Source: Terracidiphilus sp.
GTDB taxonomy: Bacteria > Acidobacteriota > Terriglobia > Terriglobales > Acidobacteriaceae
Length of the DNA stretch: 64,000 bases
NCBI GenBank assembly: GCA_049509995.1
Contig: JBEKZJ010000030.1
Span: 12,088-76,087, forward strand
Direction of reading: 5' to 3'
Position numbers and translations under genes: made by a program. Below the pieces are notes generated by a model. That model searched no databases. It was not told the origin of the DNA and saw only the letters and a program-made list of their open reading frames with translations. Positions 52,111-61,636 of this stretch are shown here, in pieces (the stretch's first letter is position 1; every line of letters begins with the position of its first letter).

Positions 52111-53502
52111 GTGGCAGACGCTCAAGGAAACGCGCAACCAAGAGCCATCGGCCTCCATCGCACGCTCGGCCTGTGGAACCTCATCATCATCGGCATGGTC
52201 ATTATCCAGCCGACGGCGCCCATGGGGATCTACGGCGTCATCAGCAACAAGGCCCATGGCCATGTGGTTACCACCATCCTCATCGCCATGGTCGCCATGC
52301 TGTTTACGGCCATAAGCTATGGCCGCATGGCGCGCGTCTATCCCAGCGCCGGGTCAGCTTACACATACGTCGGCCAGGAGATGCACTCGGCCGCCGGCTA
52401 TATTGTCGGCTGGGGCATGGTGATGGACTATCTGATCAACCCGCTCATCTGTACGGCCTTCTGCGCCAAGGCCGCCATGAATATCCTCCCCGGCCTCTCC
52501 TTCTACGTCTGGATTCTCTTCTTTGCGGCTCTCTTCAGCTGGTTGAACCTGCGCGGCATCAAGACCTCGGCCCAGTTGAATGAGGCCCTGTGCGCCGGCA
52601 TGGTGGTTGTTGTCCTCCTGTTCCTGGGTTGCGTCATCCGCGCGGTGCTGCACATTCACCACGACCCGGGATTCTTTACCCATCCCTTTTACGAGCCAGG
52701 CAGCTTCCACCCGTCGAGCGTCTTTGCCGGCACATCGGTGGCCGTGCTCACCTACATCGGCTTCGATGCCGTCTCCACGTTCTCTGAGGAGGTTCGGAAT
52801 CCGCGCCGCAACATTATGCTGGCCACGGTTCTGGTGTGCCTGATCACCGGCGTCCTCTCCGGGATGGAAGTCTATGCGGCGCAACTGATATGGGGATCGA
52901 AGCCCTTCCCCAGCGATCAGGTCGAGTCGGCCTTTGCCATGGTCTCGCGTCAGGCCGGCGGCGCGATTCTCTTCCAGATCATCAACTTCACGCTGCTGAT
53001 CGCCAACATGGGCTCAGGAATGGGTTCGCAACTGGCCGCCGGACGACTCCTCTACGGCATGGGACGGGGCAACGCGCTGCCCAAATCGTTTTTCGGCGTC
53101 ATCGAGCCCAAACGCCGCATTCCGCGCAACAATATCCTGGCTGTGGGAGCCTTTGCGCTGGTCGGAGCCGGTCTGCTGGAGTTCTTCTCAAACAAGCTGG
53201 GCGGAGGCGCCTACGAGATCGGCGCCGAGTGTCTCAACTTCGGCGCCTTTGTCGCCTTCATGGGCGTCAATGCCGCCGCCTTCGTCCACCATTGGCGGCA
53301 TGAGAAGAGACGGAATCTGGGCGGCTACATCGTGCCCACTCTGGGCTTCGTGATCTGCTTTTTCATCTGGAGACATCTCAGCTTCCCGGCGCAGGTGCTG
53401 GGCTTCACCTGGATGGGCGCAGGCATCCTTTACGGGGCGATTCGCACCCGCGGCTTCCGTTCCGAACTAGTCACCTTTGAGGTTCCTTCAGACGTGGCGT
53501 AA
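52111..53502 (+). CDS. APC-superfamily amino acid/polyamine permease
   Basis: 463 aa with about 12 TM segments. N-terminus LGLWNLIIIGMVIIQPTAPMG. GTG start 5 nt after SD GAGGA. Starts 8 nt after the GH2 gene. Confidence 0.85.
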   Translation: MADAQGNAQPRAIGLHRTLGLWNLIIIGMVIIQPTAPMGIYGVISNKAHGHVVTTILIAMVAMLFTAISYGRMARVYPSAGSAYTYVGQEMHSAAGYIVGWGMVMDYLINPLICTAFCAKAAMNILPGLSFYVWILFFAALFSWLNLRGIKTSAQLNEALCAGMVVVVLLFLGCVIRAVLHIHHDPGFFTHPFYEPGSFHPSSVFAGTSVAVLTYIGFDAVSTFSEEVRNPRRNIMLATVLVCLITGVLSGMEVYAAQLIWGSKPFPSDQVESAFAMVSRQAGGAILFQIINFTLLIANMGSGMGSQLAAGRLLYGMGRGNALPKSFFGVIEPKRRIPRNNILAVGAFALVGAGLLEFFSNKLGGGAYEIGAECLNFGAFVAFMGVNAAAFVHHWRHEKRRNLGGYIVPTLGFVICFFIWRHLSFPAQVLGFTWMGAGILYGAIRTRGFRSELVTFEVPSDVA

Positions 53503-53530
53503 CAGGCCGGGCGCCTCATCATTGCCGCGC

Positions 53531-53653
53531 CGCTTCCTTGCCGCCGCGCATGCGAAGAATCGCATTCCGCGTAACAGCGTGCTGCTCATCGGCGCCATCT
53601 GCCTGGCGGGCGCACTGGTCTTCAGCGCGATGGCATCGCGTGGACCCTCTTGA
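53531..53653 (+). pseudogene. Relic fragment of a second APC permease
   Basis: Translates to RFLAAAHAKNRIPRNSVLLIGAICLAGALVFS. This parallels SFFGVIEPKRRIPRNNILAVGAFALVGAGLLEFFS of the intact permease just upstream. Confidence 0.4.
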
Positions 53654-53679
53654 CAAAAGGGGGGTTCGCGGCGTAAAAA
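53650..53679 (+). promoter_or_regulatory. Sigma70-type promoter candidate for the tetR efflux operon
   Basis: TTGACA (53650-53655), an 18-nt spacer, then TAAAAA (53674-53679). Confidence 0.3.
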
Positions 53680-53682
53680 ATA

Positions 53683-53708
53683 TGACTGGCAGTCGAGATT
53701 GCCTGACA
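53683..53708. promoter_or_regulatory. Imperfect 26-nt palindrome between promoter and tetR start (candidate TetR operator)
   Basis: TGACTGGCAGTCGAGATTGCCTGACA. By my hand count about 17 of 26 positions are self-complementary. Confidence 0.3.
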
Positions 53709-53715
53709 ATCGTTT

Positions 53716-54402
53716 ATGAATAGCAGTCAAGTTATTCGTTCGACCACTCCCGCCGATGCTCTTGCGCCCGGAGCGGTGCCTCGTTCGTCCGGCATTGGAC
53801 GCCGTGAGCGGCGCGCCGCGGAGACGCGTGTGCGGCTGTTCCGGTGCGCGCTTCAACTCTTTGCTGAGCGGGGGTTCCCCAACGTCACCGTAGAAGACAT
53901 TACCGAAGCCGCGGACGTGGGCAAGGGGACTTTCTTCAATTACTTCGAGACCAAGGATCATGTGCTGGGCGTGATGGCCGAGATTCAGCTTGGCAAGGTG
54001 AGAGAAGCGGCTTCGACGGCCAAGCAAACCAAGCGGACGGTTCATTCCGTGCTGCACCGGCTGGTGCTGTGTCTGGCCGAGGAACCCGGACGCAGTCCCA
54101 GCCTCGCTCGCGCAATGATCTCATCGTTTCTGGCCAGTGAGGGTGTTCGCGGCATGATTGAACTCCAGATGCACGAGGGCCGCAAGATGATCGCGGAGGT
54201 CGTGGCGGCGGGGCAAGAGCGTGGAGAGATCGACTCACGCCTGGACAAGGACAAGGTTGCGCTTCAACTGCAACAGGCGGTCATGGGAACGGTACTGCTG
54301 TGGTCGCTGCATGGGAAGCCAGCGCTCGCAGCGTGGATCGAAGACAGCTTTCAACAATTTTGGAGGGCGATCGCCCTCCGCGGTCAAGAGCAGGGACTAT
54401 GA
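53716..54402 (+). CDS. TetR/AcrR-family transcriptional regulator
   Basis: HTH FAERGFPNVTVEDITEAADVGKGTFFNYFETKDHVL. Confidence 0.85.
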   Translation: MNSSQVIRSTTPADALAPGAVPRSSGIGRRERRAAETRVRLFRCALQLFAERGFPNVTVEDITEAADVGKGTFFNYFETKDHVLGVMAEIQLGKVREAASTAKQTKRTVHSVLHRLVLCLAEEPGRSPSLARAMISSFLASEGVRGMIELQMHEGRKMIAEVVAAGQERGEIDSRLDKDKVALQLQQAVMGTVLLWSLHGKPALAAWIEDSFQQFWRAIALRGQEQGL

Positions 54403-55769
54403 GATCCAGATTTTGCATCGGGGTTCTTCTTGCGCTGGCGTGCCTGATTGTTGGCCCGATCACAGGGCCGCTCACAAGTGCGATTTGCGCGGCGCAGCAA
54501 TCGTCGCCGTACCGCCTGACGCTCGAGGATGCGATACAAAAGGCGCTCGAAGCCAACCTGAGCGTGCTGGCTGCCGGCACAAGGGTGGAAGAGGCCGAGG
54601 GAACACGCACGCGCCGGTTGTCGGCCGCGCTGCTTCCGCGCATCAACGCACAAACCTACGCCAATGTACAGAACCGCGACCTGCGCGCCTTCGGGCTCTC
54701 GTTGCCGGGCTTCCCGATCCCCAACGTTGTGGGACCGTTTTCGAACTACGATTTTCGTGTCTATGCGCAGCAGAATATTTTCGATCTGGAAAGTTATCGC
54801 GGGCTGAAGGCGAGCGAGCGGGCGCTCGACGCGGGCAAGATGGATTACCAGGATGCGAGGGATCTTATCGTTCGCTCGATTGCCGGGCTCTATCTGAACG
54901 CGCAGTCTGCCGCGGCGCGCGCGGATGCGGCCCAGTCGCGAGTGACGGATTCAAACACCCTGTTCAGGCTGGCCAAGGACAAGCACGACGCGGGGACGGC
55001 GACGGGCGTGGACGTGCTGCGCGCCGAGGTGCAGCTTGCGAACGACAGGCAGGCGTTGCTGGTGGCCGAGAACCAGTTGAAACAGTCGCTGCTGTCGCTT
55101 GCACGGAACCTGGGCATGAGTCCGGACACGCCTTTGGAACTGGCCGAGCCGCTCCGTTACCAGGCCCTGGCCCAGCCTGAAGCCGAGACGCTGGTGCCCG
55201 CGGCGCTGCTGACGCGCGCCGATTACCTTTCGCTTGCCAGCCAGCGGCAGAGCCTGGCGGAGCAGGAGCGCGCCAATCGAGCCCGTTTCTATCCAAAGCT
55301 GAGCATCAACGGCAACTTCGGCGAGATCGGACGGAGCATTGGCAGTGTCGCGAGCACAGGCCTGATTCAAGGCCAGATCGACTTCACGGTCTTCGATCGC
55401 GACCGCAAAGGGGAGGCGCAGGAGCTTGCCAGCCGCATGAAGCGGATCGACGATCAGATTGCCGATTTGCGGCGGGGGATCGAAGAGGATATCCGCGAAG
55501 CGCTGCTGAATCTGGATTCCGCGGCAGAGCAGGTAGCTGTTGCCAGGGAAGGGCAGGAGCTGGCGCAGCGGGAACTGGAACTTGCGCAGGATCGTTTTCA
55601 GTCGGGCACGGCCAACAATGTTGAGGTGGTTACCGCCCAGGATGAACTTGCCCGCGCGCAGGAGAACTATATTCTTGCCGTTTCCAGTCATGTGGATGCA
55701 AAGTTTGCGGTTGCTCGCGCGATGGGCGATACGGAGAAGAACATTTTGCAATTCACGGGGAATCCTTAA
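54399..55769 (+). CDS. TolC-family outer-membrane efflux protein
   Basis: ATG 54399 overlaps the tetR stop (ATGA). Signal peptide, then the outer-membrane-factor repeat pattern. Confidence 0.8.
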   Translation: MRSRFCIGVLLALACLIVGPITGPLTSAICAAQQSSPYRLTLEDAIQKALEANLSVLAAGTRVEEAEGTRTRRLSAALLPRINAQTYANVQNRDLRAFGLSLPGFPIPNVVGPFSNYDFRVYAQQNIFDLESYRGLKASERALDAGKMDYQDARDLIVRSIAGLYLNAQSAAARADAAQSRVTDSNTLFRLAKDKHDAGTATGVDVLRAEVQLANDRQALLVAENQLKQSLLSLARNLGMSPDTPLELAEPLRYQALAQPEAETLVPAALLTRADYLSLASQRQSLAEQERANRARFYPKLSINGNFGEIGRSIGSVASTGLIQGQIDFTVFDRDRKGEAQELASRMKRIDDQIADLRRGIEEDIREALLNLDSAAEQVAVAREGQELAQRELELAQDRFQSGTANNVEVVTAQDELARAQENYILAVSSHVDAKFAVARAMGDTEKNILQFTGNP

Positions 55770-55823
55770 GCGGTTTTTCTCAGAGGGCCGCAACCCGGAT
55801 TCCCGCTTGCGAGGTTCAATGCT

Positions 55824-56861
55824 ATGAAGCGACTTATCCTTGTTCTGATCTTGTTAGGCGCGGCAGTTACTGCCGGCTTTTATCTGTACCCACGGCTGAT
55901 CAAGAAGCCGGCGCCTGTGAATCAGCTCACGCTCTCCGGAAACATTGAAGCGCATGAGAGCCTGGTGAGCTTCAAGGTGCAGGGGCGGATCATCGACTTG
56001 CCGGTCGAGGAAGGCCAGCAGGTTGAGCGAGGGGCATTGCTGGCGCGCCTGGAAGACGCCGACTTCAGGCAGAAGGTGCGGATCGACGAGGCCACGGTTC
56101 GCGTGCGCGAGTCCGATCTTTCGCTCACGCTGGCGGGAACACGGGAGCAGGAAGTGAGGGCGTCGCAGCAATCCATGATCGATGCGCAGGCCGATCTGGA
56201 AGAGAAGAAGCTGGACAACGATCGCGCGCAGCGCCTATACAGCAAAGACGAGATATCCGCGCAGGACCGCGACTTGGCGGCAACCGCCCTGAAGCGCGCA
56301 GAGGCGGTTTTCAAGGCAGCGCAACAGCGTTACAACGAGGCTGTAGAGGGCAGCCGGAAGGAAGATATTGCGATTGCGCGCGCGAATCTGAACGAGGCCA
56401 ACGCAAATCTCGGTTTGAGCCGAGTGAATCTGGGTTACACGAATCTGCGCGCGCCTTCCAGCGGCGTGATCACGGTGCGTCAGGCGGAGTTGGGAGAGGT
56501 GGTCGCCCCGGGGTCTCCGGTGGTCACGCTTGCCGACCTGGATCACATCTGGCTGCGGGCTTATATCGCGGAGAACGATCTGGGCAGCATTCACTGGGGC
56601 CAGGACGCAGCCGTCACCACAGATACCTATCCGGGCAAACAGTACCATGGGCGCATTTCGTTTATCTCATCGAATGCTGAATTCACGCCCAAGAGTATTC
56701 AGACCTACAAAGAGCGGGTCACGCTGGTCTACCGGATCAAGATCGATATCGACAATCCCAATCACGAGCTAAAGCCCGGCATGCCCGCCGATGCTCACAT
56801 TGATCTGGCCGCGGCCAGGCCGGAGGCACAGACCTCGGGATCTGCGCCGGCCAAGCGATGA
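55824..56861 (+). CDS. HlyD-family membrane fusion protein (YbhG-like)
   Basis: TM anchor, lipoyl halves, coiled-coil hairpin and beta-barrel (NPNHELKPGMPADAHIDL). Confidence 0.85.
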   Translation: MKRLILVLILLGAAVTAGFYLYPRLIKKPAPVNQLTLSGNIEAHESLVSFKVQGRIIDLPVEEGQQVERGALLARLEDADFRQKVRIDEATVRVRESDLSLTLAGTREQEVRASQQSMIDAQADLEEKKLDNDRAQRLYSKDEISAQDRDLAATALKRAEAVFKAAQQRYNEAVEGSRKEDIAIARANLNEANANLGLSRVNLGYTNLRAPSSGVITVRQAELGEVVAPGSPVVTLADLDHIWLRAYIAENDLGSIHWGQDAAVTTDTYPGKQYHGRISFISSNAEFTPKSIQTYKERVTLVYRIKIDIDNPNHELKPGMPADAHIDLAAARPEAQTSGSAPAKR

Positions 56862-57817
56862 CGGAGCAGCTCCAATCCGCGAACAGGTCCGCTATCAAGG
56901 CCGAAGGGCTGACGAAGAGTTTTCCGGGCGTGCGCGCTGTGGAAGCGCTGAGCTTTGATGTGCGCGCCGGGGAGATCTTTGGCCTGGTCGGTCCCGACGG
57001 GGCAGGGAAGACGACCACGCTGCGGATGCTCGCGGGCGTCATGCCGCCCGATGCAGGCAAAGCCACGGTTGCCGCCTTCGATGTGGTCCGCGATCCGGAG
57101 GGCGCCAAGCACGCTCTCAGTTATATGCCGCAGCGTTTCGGTCTTTACGACGACCTCACCGTGGATGAAAACATCCGTTTCTACGCCGACCTGTTCGGAG
57201 TGAGGCGGGCTGAGCGTGAAGAGCGTTCCACAGAACTGCTGAAGGCAGCGGGGATGAGCGAATTCCGGAAGCGGCTGGCAGGGAAGCTTTCCGGCGGCAT
57301 GAAGCAGAAACTGGGCCTGGTCTGTGCGCTCATTCATCGCCCCAAGGTGATCCTGTTGGATGAGCCGACCACTGGTGTCGATCCCATCTCTCGCCGCGAC
57401 TTCTGGCGCATACTCTATGAGCTCATCGCGGAGGGCGTGGCGATCCTCATCACGACTGCTTACCTTGACGAAGCCGAGCGCTGCCATCGCGTGGCGCTGC
57501 TCAATCAGGGCAAGCTGCTGTTTTGCGACACGCCGGCGAACCTCAAGGCCAGGATAGGCAAAGACGTATTGTCCGTGATCGCGCCGGAGCCACGCAGATT
57601 GCGCAGTGCACTCGAGCACGCGGACGGAATCTCAAGCCTTGTGCTGACCGGCGACGGGCTGCACGTAGTCGTTGACGATGCGGCCCGGCGCATTCCGGAG
57701 TTTGAGGCCCGCCTGAAGAGCGCGAACGTGCCCTTCGACGCGATTCATCAGGTAGCGCCAACGATCGAGGACCTGTTTGTGGATGCGGTGGCGGGTGGAG
57801 CATCGTCCCATGCCTGA
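56858..57817 (+). CDS. ABC transporter ATP-binding protein (first of two)
   Basis: GPDGAGKTT, LSGGMKQKL and ILLDEPTTGVD. ATGA overlap with the adaptor gene. Confidence 0.85.
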   Translation: MTEQLQSANRSAIKAEGLTKSFPGVRAVEALSFDVRAGEIFGLVGPDGAGKTTTLRMLAGVMPPDAGKATVAAFDVVRDPEGAKHALSYMPQRFGLYDDLTVDENIRFYADLFGVRRAEREERSTELLKAAGMSEFRKRLAGKLSGGMKQKLGLVCALIHRPKVILLDEPTTGVDPISRRDFWRILYELIAEGVAILITTAYLDEAERCHRVALLNQGKLLFCDTPANLKARIGKDVLSVIAPEPRRLRSALEHADGISSLVLTGDGLHVVVDDAARRIPEFEARLKSANVPFDAIHQVAPTIEDLFVDAVAGGASSHA

Positions 57818-58766
57818 ACAAGAGACTTCAGTCGCGGTGGAGAACCTGGTGAAGCGATTCGGCGATTTTGTGGCCGTGGACCGGATCAATCTTGATATAC
57901 GCAAAGGTGAGGTCTTCGGCTTTCTCGGACCGAACGGAGCCGGCAAGTCCACCACCATTCGCATGCTCTGCGGTCTGCTGAAGCCAACCTCGGGCCGGGC
58001 GCGGGTTGCGGGATACGATGTGGCCCGTGAGCCCGAAGCCGTGCGCCAGAACATCGGCTACATGTCGCAGAAGTTTTCTCTCTATAACGATTTGAAGGTG
58101 ATCGAAAACATAAGGCTATTCGCCGGCCTTTATAGCGTGACTCCCGGCAAGCTCAAGGAACGGATTGAATGGGCACTGGCGATGGCGAACCTCAAGGGCC
58201 GGGAGAACCTCATCACCGGGACTCTTCCCGGCGGATGGAAACAGCGGCTGGCGCTGGGCTGCGCGGTGCTGCACAAGCCGCCGATCATCTTTCTGGACGA
58301 GCCCACTTCCGGCGTCGACCCCATTTCGCGGCGCCAGTTCTGGGATCTCATTCACCAGATGGCGGAAGAGGGCGTTACTGTTTTTGTGACCACGCATTAC
58401 ATGGAGGAGGCTGAATACTGCAACCGCCTGGCGCTGATTTTTCGCGGGAAGATCGTAGCTCTCGGCACGCCCTCCGAGTTGAAGCGTGACGCGATGAAAG
58501 GAGAACTTCTTCTGATCGAGTGTGAGCCGCTCGGCAGTGCGGTGGAAGCGCTGCAATCGGCTCCGGACGTGATGGATGCCGCGGTATTCGGAAACGCTCT
58601 GCACCTGGTTGTTCCGGATGCCGATGCCGCCGTGCCGCGGATGGAGAAATATCTGGCGAATCACGGAATCGTCGTTAGCCGCATCGAGAAGATACGCCCC
58701 AGCCTGGAAGATGTTTTCGTCTCTCTCACCACAGCGCGCGATGCGGGAGAGGAGCGCACGGCATGA
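57810..58766 (+). CDS. ABC transporter ATP-binding protein (second of two)
   Basis: GPNGAGKST, LPGGWKQRL and IFLDEPTSGVD. Start ATG 57810 overlaps the previous gene by 8 nt. Together the two resemble a split YbhF-type double ATPase. Confidence 0.85.
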   Translation: MPEQETSVAVENLVKRFGDFVAVDRINLDIRKGEVFGFLGPNGAGKSTTIRMLCGLLKPTSGRARVAGYDVAREPEAVRQNIGYMSQKFSLYNDLKVIENIRLFAGLYSVTPGKLKERIEWALAMANLKGRENLITGTLPGGWKQRLALGCAVLHKPPIIFLDEPTSGVDPISRRQFWDLIHQMAEEGVTVFVTTHYMEEAEYCNRLALIFRGKIVALGTPSELKRDAMKGELLLIECEPLGSAVEALQSAPDVMDAAVFGNALHLVVPDADAAVPRMEKYLANHGIVVSRIEKIRPSLEDVFVSLTTARDAGEERTA

Positions 58767-59896
58767 GTTTCACGCGCCTGCTGGCCGTGGCCAGGAAAGA
58801 GGTCATTCAGATTCTGCGCGATTCGCGCAGCCTGGCCATTGTGGTCATCATGCCGGTGACTCTGATGCTGCTGTTCGGTTACGGCGTCAATCTGGATCTG
58901 AAGGGGTTGCCGGTTTATGTGTACGACCGCGACGGCAGCCAGCAGAGCCAGGACCTGCTGAAGCGCTTCCAGGCCAGCGAATATTTCCATGTGGTGCGCG
59001 TGGTGAACGACTATCCCGCAATAACGCGGGCGCTGGACGACGGGCACGCCAAGATGGGGATCGTCATTCCGTGGGATTTTTCTTCGCAACTGGGCCAGGG
59101 CGGCCCCGTCCAGGTTCAGGCGCTCGTCGATGGCACCGACGACAACACGGCCAATGTGCTCATCGGCTATGCCCAGGCGGTGGTTCAGGGCTATTCAACG
59201 GAAATTCAACTCAACTGGCTTCGCGGCCGCGGCCAGTCGATCCAGCCCGCGCTGGTGAGCGTGGAAACCCGCACCTGGTACAACGAGGATCTGGAGAGCA
59301 GCGCGTTCATCGTTCCTGGCGTGCTTGCCCTGGTCATGTCGGTGATCGGCGCGTTTCTCACTTCTCTGACTATCGCACGGGAGTGGGAGCGCGGATCGAT
59401 GGAACAGTTGATTTCAACGCCCGTGAGCGCGATGGAGATCATGCTGGGCAAACTGGCGCCCTATTTTGTTCTCGGGATGTTCGACGTCATTGTCTGCGCC
59501 GTGATCGCGATCTACTGGTTCCAAGTACCGTTTCGCGGCTCATATATAACGCTGCTTGTCAGTTCCGCGTTGTTCCTGATGGTCGTGCTTTCGCTCGGAT
59601 TCTTCATTTCCGTGCTCGCAAAGAACCAGTTTGCCGCATGCCAGATCGCGCTGCTGGTCACCTTCCTTCCAGCTTTCCTGCTGTCTGGATTCCTGTTTTC
59701 GATCGAGCAAATGCCAGTAGCTCTGCGGTGGATCACCAGCGTTGTGCCGGCGCGGTACTATGTCTCATTGCTGAAGAAGATATTCCTCAAGGGGACTCCC
59801 ACGGCTATGCTCTACGCCGATTTGATACCGCTGACTGTGTTTGCACTTGTGCTTGCGTTGCTGGCTACCCGCTCATTCCACAAGAGGCTGGAGTAA
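58763..59896 (+). CDS. ABC-2 type permease (YbhS/YbhR-like)
   Basis: 377 aa: an N-terminal TM segment, a large periplasmic loop, then five TM segments. ATGA overlap. Confidence 0.8.
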   Translation: MSFTRLLAVARKEVIQILRDSRSLAIVVIMPVTLMLLFGYGVNLDLKGLPVYVYDRDGSQQSQDLLKRFQASEYFHVVRVVNDYPAITRALDDGHAKMGIVIPWDFSSQLGQGGPVQVQALVDGTDDNTANVLIGYAQAVVQGYSTEIQLNWLRGRGQSIQPALVSVETRTWYNEDLESSAFIVPGVLALVMSVIGAFLTSLTIAREWERGSMEQLISTPVSAMEIMLGKLAPYFVLGMFDVIVCAVIAIYWFQVPFRGSYITLLVSSALFLMVVLSLGFFISVLAKNQFAACQIALLVTFLPAFLLSGFLFSIEQMPVALRWITSVVPARYYVSLLKKIFLKGTPTAMLYADLIPLTVFALVLALLATRSFHKRLE

Positions 59897-59908
59897 AGGA
59901 GAGAACGT

Positions 59909-61042
59909 ATGCTGGGGCGCCTGAAGCAGATGTTGATCAAGGAATTCATCCAGGTCTTCCGCGACAAACGGACGCGGTTTCTGCTGTTCGGGCCGCCGAT
60001 CATTCAGATGCTGGTGTTTGGATACGCGGCCACCTTCGAGATCCATTACGTTCCGACCGTTGTGCTGGATATGGATCACAGCCAGGAGAGCCGTGAACTG
60101 ATCTCGCGCTTTACATCGAGCCCTTATTTCGACGTGCAGCGGCAACTGACCGACTCGCGCCAAATACACGATCTCATCGATCAGGGAAAGGCTACGGTGG
60201 GTCTGGAGATCGATGCCGGTTTTGCCCAGAAGCTGCGCGGGGGCCAGACGGCGCCGCTGCAAGTGATTGTGGACGCGACCAACTCCAACACGGCCCTGAT
60301 CGCCTCCAGTTACATTACGCAGATTGCGCTTGGCTTTGCGCATGACTACCAGCAGGACCGTATCTACCGGATTGCGCCGCAAATGATCGACGCGATTCCT
60401 TCGGTCGAGCTGGAACAACGGCCGTGGTACAACCCGGACCTGAGTAGCCGGTGGTTCTTTGTGCCGGGAGTGATCGGCAGCCTGACCCTGGTGCTGGTAA
60501 TCACTGTAACGGCCTTTGGGGTGGTTCGCGAGCGGGAGATCGGCACTCTGGAGCAGATCATGGTGACGCCCATCCGCCCGGCCGAGTTCATTCTCGGCAA
60601 GACAGTGCCCGCCTTCCTGATTGGCCTGTTCGACGTAACGCTGATTGCGACTGTCGGGACGTTTTGGTTCAAGATTCCATTTCGCGGTAACATTCTGGTA
60701 TTGCTGACGGGCTCGGTGCTTTTCATTCTGTGCATGCTGGGTGTGGGGCTGCTCATTTCAACGGTTTCCAAGACGCAACAGCAGGCCATGGTGACAGCCT
60801 TCTTCTTTATCATGCCGGCCATCAGTTTCTCAGGGTTCGGGTTCCCCATCAGCACCATGCCGCAGTGGATGCAATATTTCAGCTATGCGATCCCATTACG
60901 CTATTTCCTGATCGTGCTCCGCGGCACTTATCTGAAAGGCGTGGGGATGGACATTCTGTGGCCGCAGATGGCAGCCATGGCAGGCCTCGGACTGAGCCTG
61001 CTGACGTTCGCCATACTCCGCTTCCACAAGGCGCTTGACTGA
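59909..61042 (+). CDS. ABC-2 type permease (YbhS/YbhR-like), paralogue
   Basis: 377 aa with the same architecture. SD AAGGAGAG precedes the ATG. Confidence 0.8.
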   Translation: MLGRLKQMLIKEFIQVFRDKRTRFLLFGPPIIQMLVFGYAATFEIHYVPTVVLDMDHSQESRELISRFTSSPYFDVQRQLTDSRQIHDLIDQGKATVGLEIDAGFAQKLRGGQTAPLQVIVDATNSNTALIASSYITQIALGFAHDYQQDRIYRIAPQMIDAIPSVELEQRPWYNPDLSSRWFFVPGVIGSLTLVLVITVTAFGVVREREIGTLEQIMVTPIRPAEFILGKTVPAFLIGLFDVTLIATVGTFWFKIPFRGNILVLLTGSVLFILCMLGVGLLISTVSKTQQQAMVTAFFFIMPAISFSGFGFPISTMPQWMQYFSYAIPLRYFLIVLRGTYLKGVGMDILWPQMAAMAGLGLSLLTFAILRFHKALD

Positions 61043-61636
61043 GATTCGGGCGATGGACCGGCTCATCCAAGCCACAAAGGTTCGAGGCGGGCACTCGAAA
61101 TGTCCTATATGTTGAGACGCCGTAGCGCAAAACGAGACGAGGGAGTTTCAATTGCGATGCGGCATCAAAAAAGCCCTCCCTTCGTCCGTTTCGGCGCACG
61201 TCCTGAATATTGCACCTGCGAGGGTGGCTGAGGGCCATCGACCGGGCAAGCAATTCTCAAATGTTAAGGCCTCCCCGGCACAGCGCAAGAATCCAGGCCA
61301 GGTTAGACGGGTGGAGCGGGTTGTTCCGCCTATTCATTCCATTGGGCTTACCGGAGGGATTGCAGGCCCCCTCCAGTGACCGTGCGAAGAGGGCAGGGAG
61401 TTCGGCGCAAAAAAGCGCCAATGGCCGCACACACGCAGCCAGCCGTGCAGGTCAGGGGTTACAATCACAGGTTCCAGCAGTTTCGACCTCATGGATGTTA
61501 CTTTAACTTTTGGCCGCGTTTGGGCCGATATCGATGAGCCGAACCGGCGGACCGGACCGCACCCTCCAGCGGATGCGGGATCCGCGCCATGGCTGGCAGG
61601 ACGAGTGGCAGGAAGAGATTGGGAGCTCGGTTTCTT

